Shown here one piece after another: positions 45,380-54,698 of a stretch of 64,000 nt of DNA; the first letter of the stretch is position 1, and each line of letters begins with the position of its first letter. The position numbers and the translations under genes are program-made. Origin of the DNA: Phycisphaerales bacterium (lineage in GTDB: Bacteria > Planctomycetota > Phycisphaerae > Phycisphaerales > UBA1924). The stretch covers positions 2,464,001 through 2,528,000 of the forward strand of contig OZ245777.1 in assembly GCA_965227775.1 (NCBI GenBank), read 5' to 3'. The notes beneath the pieces are model-generated. The model worked only from the letters and a program-made list of their open reading frames with translations. It was not told the DNA's origin and made no database searches.

Positions 45380-45489
45380 GCGGCCTCCACGGGAATCCCC
45401 AAACATACGCCGCCGAGACGCTCAGAAAAACTGCGGATCGCGCAAACCACTCGGGCCCGGACGCGGTCTAAGGCGGTAGGGATGTTCGC

Positions 45490-46077
45490 ATGACCATCGA
45501 CCAATCGCCAATCGGGGCCACAGAGAACGCCGACGTGGGGGTGAGCGATGAGCAACTGCTCGCGCGCTTCGCCCGTGATAGTGGCGATTCGAGAACGGCG
45601 TTGCAGGAACTCGCCTGCCGCCACGAGCATCGGCTGCTGGGCCTGTCGCTTGGCCTGTGCAACGGGCGCGAAGACCTCGCACGCGAGGCCGTGCAAGAGA
45701 CGTGGGTGCGTGTCATCCGGCACGCGGGGAAGTTCAAGGGCAAGAGCAGCTTCGCAACGTGGGTGTATCGCATCGCGGTGCATCGCTGCCGCGAAGTGAT
45801 GGCGAGAGAGCGGGAACTCGCTCGCCGGACGAGCCGTGCGAGTTCGGTGCCGCAGGGGCGAGACTCCGTCGCGGATCTGGCGTGGACGCGAAGCGTCGTT
45901 GGCAGCCTGCCCCAGCACGAGCGTGAGGTCGTGCTGCTATGCCACATGCGCGGCATGACGCACGAGCAGGCCGCGGCGGTGCTTGGCATCCCGCCGGGCA
46001 CGCTCAAATCGCGGATGACAAGGGCGATGGGGCGGTTGCGCGAGTTGATGGGCGAAGAGCGGGGAGGCGACGCATGA
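45490..46077 (+). CDS. ECF RNA polymerase sigma factor
   Basis: Region 2: DLAREAVQETW, FATWVYRIAVHRC. Region 4: LP..EREVVLL, AAVLGIPPGTLKSRMTRA. Confidence 0.93.
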   Translation: MTIDQSPIGATENADVGVSDEQLLARFARDSGDSRTALQELACRHEHRLLGLSLGLCNGREDLAREAVQETWVRVIRHAGKFKGKSSFATWVYRIAVHRCREVMARERELARRTSRASSVPQGRDSVADLAWTRSVVGSLPQHEREVVLLCHMRGMTHEQAAAVLGIPPGTLKSRMTRAMGRLRELMGEERGGDA

Positions 46078-47114
46078 ACGAGCAACCGAACGAACTGGAA
46101 GACCGCCTCACCTCGCTGACAACGTGGCCCGATGAGCACGAGCCGTCGCTGTGGGAGAGCGCGCTCGAGCAATCCAAGCAGCCACGAGTGGACGAGCCGT
46201 GGACGCTGCGCATCGCGCCGAGGCACATGGTTGGCATCGCCGCCACGGTGACAATCGCGGCTGTGGGGGTGTGGGCCTCGATGGGGATGCTGGGCCAGGC
46301 CAGATCATCGGCACCAGCTATGTCGTACTCCAGGGAGTCCCAAGTCGAGATGGATCTCGCCGAGGAGCGTGCGCTTCCCGCAGGCGAGCGTGCTTATGCG
46401 ATGGGCCAAGAAGTCCGATCGTTCGAGATCGAGCCCCGCGCCATCCAACGCTCGGCCGCGATGGGGCTCACGGCCGAAGCCGTCCGCCCGCTCTTCGATC
46501 GCGTCACCGCGCTCATCGAACCCGGCCTGGGCGAGTTCGTCGAGAACGCCTCGGCGAACGAGGGTCGTGCCGATGCGACGCTGCGGGTGTCGGCCCAGCG
46601 ATTAGAAGCCGTCATGCGCTCCATCCGCGAGATGGACGGCGTGGCCGAAGTCCTGCGCGAAGAGCTTTCGGCGGTCGATGCGACCGATCGGCGGGCCGAT
46701 CTGACAGCACGCCTGGCCAACGAGCGGAGGATCGAGGTCGAGCTGCTCGAGCTCATCGACAAGCGGCCCGAGGCGCTGCTGGCCGACGTGCTGCGGGTGC
46801 GTGAGGCTTTGAGCGACGTCCGGCTGAACATCGAACGCCTCGACGCCCAGCGTTCGACGCTGAACGAGCGTGTGACGCTGGCCACCCTTCGCGTGAGCAT
46901 TGTTCAGATTGCCGAAGGACCCGAGCCCGTGCCCGACGCGAGCGGCTTGCTACATGACCTTGGCGACGCCTTCACCCGTGGCGGCCGCACGCTTGCGGAG
47001 TCGGCGGCTTGGCTTGTCGAGGCCTTCATCGGCGGCTTGATCGTGTGGCTGATGCTCGCAATGGTCGGCGTATGGGCCTACCGAACGTTTCGCTGGCGAG
47101 CAACTTGGGCCTGA
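46074..47114 (+). CDS. DUF4349-domain membrane protein, probable anti-sigma partner
   Basis: ATGA overlap with the sigma gene; short cytoplasmic N-terminus, TM helix, DATLRV...DATDRRADLTARL...LNERVTLATLRV, C-terminal TM helix. Confidence 0.85.
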   Translation: MNEQPNELEDRLTSLTTWPDEHEPSLWESALEQSKQPRVDEPWTLRIAPRHMVGIAATVTIAAVGVWASMGMLGQARSSAPAMSYSRESQVEMDLAEERALPAGERAYAMGQEVRSFEIEPRAIQRSAAMGLTAEAVRPLFDRVTALIEPGLGEFVENASANEGRADATLRVSAQRLEAVMRSIREMDGVAEVLREELSAVDATDRRADLTARLANERRIEVELLELIDKRPEALLADVLRVREALSDVRLNIERLDAQRSTLNERVTLATLRVSIVQIAEGPEPVPDASGLLHDLGDAFTRGGRTLAESAAWLVEAFIGGLIVWLMLAMVGVWAYRTFRWRATWA

Positions 47115-47139
47115 CCCCCACGCCGACTGTTCCGATGAA

Positions 47140-48612
47140 TCATCTCGGGGAAGAGAGCAGCTCCGATTCCGACACCACATCGAGGTAGCTCTCGTCGAGC
47201 AAGTAGAACCCCGGCTCCAGGACCTTCAGCGGTCGTGCGTCGAGCGGAGATTCCTCGTACCGCGCTTCGGATCCTCCGCCATCGCCCGCCGGCTTTAGGC
47301 CGTCGCGGATGACCATGATCATGTCCGACAGCGCCGCGGTGTGCTCGAACAGGTAGGCGTGCGAGCTCACGCCGCCCACGTGGCACTCGACGATCTCGAT
47401 GCTTGGCAGGTCGTTGATGAGCGATCGGCTGATCGGGTCGAAGTCGTCGAGCCGTGCATCGCCCAGGCGGTCCCGGCTCGCGAAGAACAACCGGGCGAGG
47501 CCGAGGGCCCCGTCCTCTTTCGAGCTATACACGACCACCCTCCTCGCGATCCGCATGACGCGCTCGGACAGGAAACGCTGCGTGAAGATGTCGAGGTCGA
47601 GGTCGGGCGCGACGAGCACGAGCGTCTCCAGCTTCAGCACGTCCGACGGACGCAGGCCTGCTGCGAGGTCTGGCTCGACGAAATCGACGTCTTCGCCAAG
47701 AGCCTGCTGGGTGCGCTGGCTGAAGAACGTCCGCCCTTGGGCGGCCTCGATCTCGGCGGCGATCTCGCGGAGCGCGGTCGTCGTCACGTCGGTGCCACGG
47801 CTGTGGGCGACCAGGTGGATGCGGTCGATGTCCTCGTTCGCGGCCAGGGCCATCAGCAGCGTCTTGAGCTGCAGCACGCTGAACTCGCCTGACTCGCGGT
47901 CGTGGTTGTACGCCACCGGGGCCAGCCAGGCGTCGAAGCCGGCGGGCCAGGTGAAGACGATGGGGATGCCGTGGCGGCCAGCGGCGTGCCAAGTCTGGCC
48001 CAGGCGCAGGACGGCATCGTCGAAACTGTTGTTGAATCCGTGCACGAACACGAGCGCCGCGTTACCCTCGGGTCCGTCGGTCAGGAACGGCTCGAGCGTT
48101 GCGCGGAAGTCGGCAAGGTCCTGCGCGAACGCGGCAGAAGCCTCGGCGGGATACACGACTTCCTCGTTCCGGACTCGCAGTCGTCCTTCCAGGGAGGCCA
48201 TCGTGCCCGAGAGTTCGACCGATTCGACCCGCAGTTTGTATTCGCGAGGGCGATCGTCTGTAGTGCTGTCTTCGACGAGTTGCGCCCACGTCGGCTCAGG
48301 CAGCAAGCCGATCCGTGCGACACCGAAACTGATGTTCTGGCTACGCTCGCTGCCGTAGTCGGGCATGGCCGTGGGGTCGTCGCCATCGAGCGAGCGATCT
48401 CGGCGGTCAGTAAAGTAAACGACGGGAATGTCCGGCGTCCGCAGGCGCTCGGGCACGGTCTCGAAAGCCCTTTGGCCGCGTTCGCCCACCATGATGCGTG
48501 GCGTGTCAACAAGGCGCGTCTCGTGCCGGCAGCCCGCGCCCACGACAATGAGCGAGCACGCGAACATCCAGAAGATTCCGGGAACGGCGAGGCGGCGTGG
48601 TCGACTCGACAT
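47140..48612 (-). CDS. Alpha/beta hydrolase (DUF900 family), probable lipoprotein
   Basis: GAGC lipobox-like; YFTDR, VFVHGFNNSF, FTWP, VAHSRG (nucleophile elbow), APDLD. Confidence 0.9.
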   Translation of the reverse strand: MSSRPRRLAVPGIFWMFACSLIVVGAGCRHETRLVDTPRIMVGERGQRAFETVPERLRTPDIPVVYFTDRRDRSLDGDDPTAMPDYGSERSQNISFGVARIGLLPEPTWAQLVEDSTTDDRPREYKLRVESVELSGTMASLEGRLRVRNEEVVYPAEASAAFAQDLADFRATLEPFLTDGPEGNAALVFVHGFNNSFDDAVLRLGQTWHAAGRHGIPIVFTWPAGFDAWLAPVAYNHDRESGEFSVLQLKTLLMALAANEDIDRIHLVAHSRGTDVTTTALREIAAEIEAAQGRTFFSQRTQQALGEDVDFVEPDLAAGLRPSDVLKLETLVLVAPDLDLDIFTQRFLSERVMRIARRVVVYSSKEDGALGLARLFFASRDRLGDARLDDFDPISRSLINDLPSIEIVECHVGGVSSHAYLFEHTAALSDMIMVIRDGLKPAGDGGGSEARYEESPLDARPLKVLEPGFYLLDESYLDVVSESELLSSPR

Positions 48613-48630
48613 GCCCAAGCGTAGCGATCG

Positions 48631-49914
48631 CTACGAGCCTGAGCGGATGAACCACGTGGCCATGAATACCAGCGCGAAGGCCGTCCAGAACGCGATCCCT
48701 GCCCAGCTCAGCACGACGAGCCACCGGGCTGGCTTGTGCTCGGCCGGCACGGCGGCGCTCGTCATCGCCCGGTGGTTGAAGAACGCGATCGCGGGCGTGC
48801 CCAGGAAGCTCAGGGTCGTCGCGAGATCGACCAGGTCCGAGAGCGATCGCAGGAACACCGAGAGGATTACGACTGCCCCGGCCGCGAGCACGGCCAGCCA
48901 GAGCCAGTAGCCGCGATTGCCCTTCGGCTCGACGCCGCGGAACTCGCCGACCAGCGCCGACATCGTGCGCGGGATGGCGTCGAGCACTGTGATCGTCGTG
49001 CTGAACATGACGGCGATGGCGCAGGTCGCGATGAGCGGGCGGGCCCACTCGCCCAGCGATTGCGTGTAGAGCCCAACCAGTTGGTTCGCGAACGCCCCGG
49101 CCTTCTCGGCGGGCTCGGTGCCGCTGCCGTAGAGGAGCGAGGCCCCCAGCACGACGAACGCCAGGGCGAGCACGATGCACAGCGCAAAGCCGACGTAGAA
49201 GTCCAGCTCGCACTCCCGCTTGCTGGCGGCGTGGCCGGCCTGCTTGTTCTTGGCGAGGCTCCAGAGCGAGTGCCACACGGTGATGTCCAGCGGCGCGGGC
49301 ATCCAGCCAACCAGCACGACCGCGAACACCAGCAGCGCGAGGTTCCACTCGGTCGGCCACACGGGCGTCGCGCCCAGGTCCAGGTTCGGCAGTTGCATCG
49401 CCGCGGCGATCACGGTGCTGACCGCCATCACGAGCATCAGCGCCTTCACCACGCGGTCGAGCCATTTATAGCCGCCGCACGCCAGCAGCCCGACGCACAC
49501 GAGCAAGATGCCCGCGGCGACGACCCACATCGGCGCCCCGGCCTCGGTGATGCCAAGCCCGCTCAGCACCGGATTTACCACGAGCGTCCCGACCAGCGCC
49601 GCCGTTACGGCCGTGATGGCCGCCTGGATGGTGAACATCGTGCCGACCTGGATGACGGCGAACGCGCCAAGCGTGGCACGCCCCTGGGCCCGGTACGCGT
49701 GCAAGAGCGAGCGCCCAGTCGCCGCCGCGTACCTCGGCCCGAACAGCATTGCCGGCAGCTTCATCGCGTGCGCCAGCACGACCAGGAGCACCAGCGACAG
49801 CCCATAAACCGCGCCCGCCCGCGTCGACTGCACGAGGTGGCTGACGCCGATGGCCGCCCCGGCGAAGAGGATGCCCGGGCCGAGAGCCTTCAGGAACGCG
49901 TTCGGAGCGGCCAT
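48631..49914 (-). CDS. NRAMP-related divalent cation transporter (no canonical DPGN motif)
   Basis: LGPGILFAGAAIGVSHLVQSTRAGA, GWMPAP, MFSTTITVLD. Confidence 0.85.
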   Translation of the reverse strand: MAAPNAFLKALGPGILFAGAAIGVSHLVQSTRAGAVYGLSLVLLVVLAHAMKLPAMLFGPRYAAATGRSLLHAYRAQGRATLGAFAVIQVGTMFTIQAAITAVTAALVGTLVVNPVLSGLGITEAGAPMWVVAAGILLVCVGLLACGGYKWLDRVVKALMLVMAVSTVIAAAMQLPNLDLGATPVWPTEWNLALLVFAVVLVGWMPAPLDITVWHSLWSLAKNKQAGHAASKRECELDFYVGFALCIVLALAFVVLGASLLYGSGTEPAEKAGAFANQLVGLYTQSLGEWARPLIATCAIAVMFSTTITVLDAIPRTMSALVGEFRGVEPKGNRGYWLWLAVLAAGAVVILSVFLRSLSDLVDLATTLSFLGTPAIAFFNHRAMTSAAVPAEHKPARWLVVLSWAGIAFWTAFALVFMATWFIRSGS

Positions 49915-49924
49915 GCCGCCAAGG

Positions 49925-50974
49925 CTATGCCAAGCTCGCCATGTCAATCACGAAGCGGTACTTCACGTCGCTCTTGAGCATCCGCTCGTACGCTTCATTG
50001 ATCTGGTCCATACGGATCAGCTCGATCTCGCACTGGATGTTGTTGTCGCCGCAGAAGTCGAGCATCTCCTGGGTCTCGGCGATGCCGCCGATCAGCGAGC
50101 CGGCGAGTTGGCGGCGCGGCGCGATCAGGCCAAAGGCCGCGATCGGCTGAGGGTTGGGAGGCACGCCGACGAGGACCAGCGTGCTGTCGAGCTTGAGAAG
50201 GTTCAAGTACGCGTTCAGGTCGTGGTCAGCGCTCACGGTATCGAGGACAAGATCGAAGCTGCCGGCCTGGGCGGCCATCTCGTCCTCGTTCTTGGAGATC
50301 ACGACCTCATCGGCGCCAAGCTTTTTGCCGTCCTCGACCTTGCCCGGGCTTGTTGTAAAAAGCACCGTGTGCGCCCCCATGGCGTGGGCAAATTTGACGC
50401 CCATGTGGCCGAGCCCGCCGAGGCCGACGACGCCGACCTTCTTGCCCTTGCCCGCGCCCCAGCGCTTCAGCGGTGAGTACGTCGTGATGCCCGCGCACAA
50501 CAGGGGTGAAGCGGCGGCCGGGTCGAGGTTCTTGGGCACGCGCAGCGTGAACCTCTCATCACACACCACGCGTTGCGAGTAGCCCCCGTACGTCATGCCG
50601 CCAAGGTGCTTTTCGGGTCCGTTGTACGTGAAGATTGCGCCCTGCTCGCAGTACTGCTCTTCGTGCTGCTTGCAGTTAGCGCAGGAGCCGCACGAGTCGA
50701 CCATGCAACCCACGGCCGCGAGGTCCCCCTCCTTGAACCTCGTGACGTCGTTCCCGACCCGCGTAACCCGGCCGAGGATCTCGTGCCCGGGCACCACGGG
50801 ATACGTCGTGCCACCCCATTCGTTGCGGGCGAAGTGCAGGTCACTGTGGCACACGCCGCAGTAGAGGATCTCGATCTCGACGTCCATGGCCGTGGGTTCG
50901 CGACGCTGGATGTCGAACGGGCCGAGCGGGCTGGTGGCAGACTGGGCGGCGTAGGCCTTGGTCGGTGTGGTCAT
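49925..50974 (-). CDS. Zn-dependent NAD(P) alcohol dehydrogenase (cinnamyl-ADH/YahK-like)
   Basis: CGVCHSD, PGHE, GCMVDSCGSCANC...C, LLCAGITTYSPL, GLGGLG, DVKYRFVID. Confidence 0.95.
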   Translation of the reverse strand: MTTPTKAYAAQSATSPLGPFDIQRREPTAMDVEIEILYCGVCHSDLHFARNEWGGTTYPVVPGHEILGRVTRVGNDVTRFKEGDLAAVGCMVDSCGSCANCKQHEEQYCEQGAIFTYNGPEKHLGGMTYGGYSQRVVCDERFTLRVPKNLDPAAASPLLCAGITTYSPLKRWGAGKGKKVGVVGLGGLGHMGVKFAHAMGAHTVLFTTSPGKVEDGKKLGADEVVISKNEDEMAAQAGSFDLVLDTVSADHDLNAYLNLLKLDSTLVLVGVPPNPQPIAAFGLIAPRRQLAGSLIGGIAETQEMLDFCGDNNIQCEIELIRMDQINEAYERMLKSDVKYRFVIDMASLA

Positions 50975-51027
50975 GGCGCGAGCATAGCGATCTCGGCGGC
51001 GGATCAACACGCCGTCAATGATCATGC

Positions 51028-51396
51028 ATGGGCATCATCAGTAACCACTACGTCCTGGCCGTCCATGATCTCGCGCGCACCCGCGACTGGTACGAGCGAG
51101 TGCTGGGCTGTTCTGCCGAAGAGGTCGACCCGGGCAACTGGGTGTTCCTGGCCCGCGACGGCGTGACGTTCATGTGCGGCCGGTGTCCGGAAGCGATCCC
51201 TGCGGAGGACCTTGGCGACCACTCGTACTTTGCCTACCTCGTGGTCGACGACGTCGACGCGTGGCATGAGCGCGTTGTCGAGCAAGGCGCCGAAGTACTC
51301 AAGGCCCCGCGCGACGAGCCCTGGGCGATGCGCGAGATGGCGCTGCGGACGTGCGACGGGCACCGGATGATGGTGGCGAGCAAGTTGGACAAGTAG
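51028..51396 (+). CDS. VOC (glyoxalase/bleomycin-resistance) family protein
   Basis: VLAVHDL...WYERVLG, AYLVVDDVDA, PRDEPWAMREM...DGHRM. Confidence 0.88.
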   Translation: MGIISNHYVLAVHDLARTRDWYERVLGCSAEEVDPGNWVFLARDGVTFMCGRCPEAIPAEDLGDHSYFAYLVVDDVDAWHERVVEQGAEVLKAPRDEPWAMREMALRTCDGHRMMVASKLDK

Positions 51397-51427
51397 GCTT
51401 CGCGGCCACTGAGACCAACACTCTGGG

Positions 51428-52174
51428 TCAGCACATCGTCAGGCCGCCGTCAACACAAATCACCTGGCCGGTGAGGAATCCCGCCTCGTCGCTGCTGGCG
51501 TAGCTGACCGCGGCGGCGATGTCCTCGGGTGCACCAAGGCGTGGCACGCTCATGGCCTTGAGCACGGTCTGGCCGACCTCTTCAGGCAGGCCGGAGGTCA
51601 TGTCGGTCTCAATGAAACCCGGGGCGATGACGTTGGCCGTCACGCCCTTGCTGCCCAGTTCGCGGGCGAGCGTGCGGGTGAGTCCGATCAGGCCGGCCTT
51701 CGCCGCTGCGTAGTTGGCCTGGCCCGCGTTGCCGACCACGCCCGAGGTTGAGGCGATGTTCACGATGCGGCCAAAGCGGTTCTTCATCATCGAGCGCGCC
51801 GCGGCCCGGCATGCGGCAAAAGCGCTCGTCAGGTTGACGGAGATCACCTCGTCCCACTGCTCGTCGGTCATTCGCATGAGCAGGCCATCGCGCGTGATAC
51901 CGGCGTTGTTGACCAGCACGTCGAGCCGGCCCAGGTCCTTCACGACGCCCTCGATCGCGGCACCGAAAGCCACGCGATCGCCCACGTCGACGGCGAGTGC
52001 GGTCGCCTGCCCGCCAGTCTTCTCGATCTCGGCCTTGAGCTCGTCGAGCGGGCCCTGCGAGCGGGCGGCGAGCACGACGTGGCGGCCGTCGGCCGCCAGG
52101 CGGGTAGCGATGGCGCGGCCGATGCCGCGGCTGGCGCCGGTGACGAGCGCGACTCGGGTGGGAGCGTCGGACAT
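51428..52174 (-). CDS. fabG: 3-oxoacyl-ACP reductase
   Basis: TGASRGIG, NNAGITRDGLLMRM, GNAGQANYAAAKAG, PGFIETDMT. Confidence 0.96.
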   Translation of the reverse strand: MSDAPTRVALVTGASRGIGRAIATRLAADGRHVVLAARSQGPLDELKAEIEKTGGQATALAVDVGDRVAFGAAIEGVVKDLGRLDVLVNNAGITRDGLLMRMTDEQWDEVISVNLTSAFAACRAAARSMMKNRFGRIVNIASTSGVVGNAGQANYAAAKAGLIGLTRTLARELGSKGVTANVIAPGFIETDMTSGLPEEVGQTVLKAMSVPRLGAPEDIAAAVSYASSDEAGFLTGQVICVDGGLTMC

Positions 52175-52194
52175 GCGAGCAATCTCCAAGGGAG

Positions 52195-52224
52195 GAAAGA
52201 AAGCGGGGCGCTCGCCGCGCCCCG
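52195..52224 (-). terminator. Terminator-like hairpin between the lipoprotein gene and fabG
   Basis: CGGGGCGC-GGCGA-GCGCCCCG followed by CTTTCTTTC. Confidence 0.55.
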
Positions 52225-52258
52225 TGGGAGTCAATGAGTTTAGGTGCTCGATCCGGCC

Positions 52259-53581
52259 TTAGCCGCCGCCGGGGATCGTGATGGGTCCGCGGGGCGTGCG
52301 ACGAACGGTGTCCTTGGGCTCGTCTTCTTCTTGCTGCTCGGGCTCGGGGTCTTCCTCGAACACCGGGAGCGCCGCACGGCTGATCTCATCCGATTGGCCG
52401 AGCGCGGAAAAGTCGATGGTGAAGTTGTTGGGCCCAACCTGGCCGTCGAGCTCTGAAGCACGCGCCACGGTCGGCGCGTTCGTGGGCGCGCCGCCGAACA
52501 GGTACGTGCCGTCGCCGACGGGCGTGACCGACCAGCCCAGCACATACGCCTCGCCGGGTGTTTGGATCGCCAGTGCGATTGCGCCGGGGGTGTCAGGGCC
52601 GGAGTCGCGTGCGGCCGGCGGCGGAGAGCCAATGCCAGCGTCGGCGCCTGCCAGATCGACTTCGGCGAGCTTGCGCATTGACCCTGCGACCATCTTGATG
52701 GCATCGCTCGCGTCGGGAGAGTTCTCGATGCCCTCCAGCAGCCGGGTGTAGACCCGCATCTCTTCGACGCTGTCCGCACCGCCCGAGACCGAGTCAGAGA
52801 TCGACATGCTGCCGCCGGCAAGCTGGCGGGCAACTTCGTCCGCCGAGGCGCCTTCTTCCAAACCCATGATCGCCGCAAGCTCCTGGGTGAGCTGCTGATC
52901 GGATTCGAGCACAGGACCTACGGCTTCCATCATCTCGCGTTCGAGCTGTGCCTCATCTCCACCGAACGCCTGCATGGCGGTCATCATCTCTTGCATGATG
53001 GCCATCATCTCCGGTGGGATCGCATCTGCCGAGCCGGTGGCAAAGGCTTCAGCCATGCCAGCGGACATCGCCTCAAGCGAGCCCGCATCGAACGAACCTG
53101 CGGCACGCTGTGCGCCCATCATGCCTAGCGAAGCCGCCGATGCCAACTCAATCCCTTCGGCCGGGGCGTCGGCTGTCAGGTACACGATGCGAACCTGCTC
53201 GATATTCTTCATCGCGTCGTACCACTGTCCGCCGAAGCGAAGGTCGTCGAGCACCGACCGGGCGTCGCTTGTCAGCATCTCCTCGAGCGCGAAGTCATCG
53301 CCCTTGGCAAACGCGTCGGCAAAGCGAATGGCCGCACGCACCATGGGGTCGTATTCCTCGAGCACGCTGAGCCCGTCGGCGGCCATGACGCGCGCGTCGA
53401 CCTCCATACCGGCCATGACGTTTTGGACGTCAACCCGTGCCGGTGGCGGCGGAGGCGGCGGCGGCGGCGGCGGAGGAGGAGGAGGAGGGGGTTCCTTGCA
53501 CGCGGTGAGGACCACGGGGATGGCAAGCAGCGATACCTTCAGGGCTTGTCGCGTGATGGAACGAGTCTTCCGGCTGGTCAT
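52259..53581 (-). CDS. Hypothetical lipoprotein with a 17-residue polyproline linker
   Basis: LTAC lipobox followed by KE-P17; GGAG SD. Confidence 0.85.
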   Translation of the reverse strand: MTSRKTRSITRQALKVSLLAIPVVLTACKEPPPPPPPPPPPPPPPPPARVDVQNVMAGMEVDARVMAADGLSVLEEYDPMVRAAIRFADAFAKGDDFALEEMLTSDARSVLDDLRFGGQWYDAMKNIEQVRIVYLTADAPAEGIELASAASLGMMGAQRAAGSFDAGSLEAMSAGMAEAFATGSADAIPPEMMAIMQEMMTAMQAFGGDEAQLEREMMEAVGPVLESDQQLTQELAAIMGLEEGASADEVARQLAGGSMSISDSVSGGADSVEEMRVYTRLLEGIENSPDASDAIKMVAGSMRKLAEVDLAGADAGIGSPPPAARDSGPDTPGAIALAIQTPGEAYVLGWSVTPVGDGTYLFGGAPTNAPTVARASELDGQVGPNNFTIDFSALGQSDEISRAALPVFEEDPEPEQQEEDEPKDTVRRTPRGPITIPGGG

Positions 53582-53721
53582 GCGTCACTCCGTCTTCGGG
53601 GCGTGCTCGGGTTCATTCAGAGATTCGGCGACGGGCACCGAGAGGTTCGCCCGAGACATCGCAGGCTAGGGCTCCCAGGCAGCCCACGTTACCCCGATGT
53701 GACGGGTGTGTGAGGAAGGCG

Positions 53722-54663
53722 TCAGGGTGTGTCGTGGATGGTGACCGATACCGAGCGATCGATGCGTTTCATCATGCCTGCCAGGCTCTTGCCCGGCGCG
53801 AGTTCGTGCCACGACGCGCCCTCGCCCAGGCCGTCGGCAACCATTTGCTGGCAACCCTGGGCCCAGCGCACCGGGTGGGTCAACTGCTCGGCAAGCCGGC
53901 GGCGGATGGTGTCGGCATCGTGCTCGTGTGGGCGAGCGGTCACGTTCGAGTACACCGGACACGACGCGAGCGCCCCAGCATCAATCGGGGCATCGGCCAG
54001 AGCCGCCGCCAGCCGGTCGGCTGCGGGCTCCATGAGCGGCGAGTGGAACGCGCCGGCGACAGGCAGCGGCGTTGCCCGTAGGCCAGCTTCCTTTGCAGTG
54101 GCCTCGGCGCGGCCGATCGCGTTGGCATCTCCGCTCAGCACGACCTGGCCGGGCGCGTTAAAGTTCGCGCAGACCAGGACACCGTCCTGACGCGCCTTCT
54201 CGCAGACTTCATTGGCCTGGGCCTCGTCGCAGCCGATGAGCGCAAGCATGCCGCTGGGCGTTGCTTCGGCGGCATCCTGCATCGCACGGCCGCGCAGTGT
54301 TACCAGCCGCAGGCCGTCTGCGAAGCCGAGCACGCCGGCCAGGTGCAGCGCGGTGTACTCGCCCAGGCTCAGGCCGGCTGTCGCCTTAAGAGAGAGCGCT
54401 GCGCCGCCGAGTTCGGCCATTCCCCTCCATGCGGCGATCGAACACGCGTAGATGGCAGGCTGGCTCACGTCGGTTCGGTTGAGGGTTTCGGCCGGTCCGT
54501 CGAAGCAAAGGGCGCTCAGCGGCGCACCAAGCTGGCCCCCAAGCACCGCATCGGCTTCCTCAAAAGTCTCTCGGGCGGCGCTGCTCGCGTCGGCCCATGC
54601 ACGGCCCATGCCGACCGCCTGAGAACCCTGGCCGGGACAAACGACAATAACGCTCTCGCTCAT
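53722..54663 (-). CDS. fabD: Malonyl-CoA:ACP transacylase
   Basis: PGQGSQ, QPAI, GLSLGEY, ANFNAPGQ, AFHS, PVRW. Confidence 0.96.
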   Translation of the reverse strand: MSESVIVVCPGQGSQAVGMGRAWADASSAARETFEEADAVLGGQLGAPLSALCFDGPAETLNRTDVSQPAIYACSIAAWRGMAELGGAALSLKATAGLSLGEYTALHLAGVLGFADGLRLVTLRGRAMQDAAEATPSGMLALIGCDEAQANEVCEKARQDGVLVCANFNAPGQVVLSGDANAIGRAEATAKEAGLRATPLPVAGAFHSPLMEPAADRLAAALADAPIDAGALASCPVYSNVTARPHEHDADTIRRRLAEQLTHPVRWAQGCQQMVADGLGEGASWHELAPGKSLAGMMKRIDRSVSVTIHDTP

Positions 54664-54698
54664 GGGCAGGGCTCCATCTCAGATCGCCGCAAGGTTGT

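Noticed and set aside
53441..53491. (CGG/AGG)n tract as a contingency microsatellite
   Set aside because: It is an in-frame triplet repeat with mixed codons encoding polyproline; length changes would not switch the reading frame.
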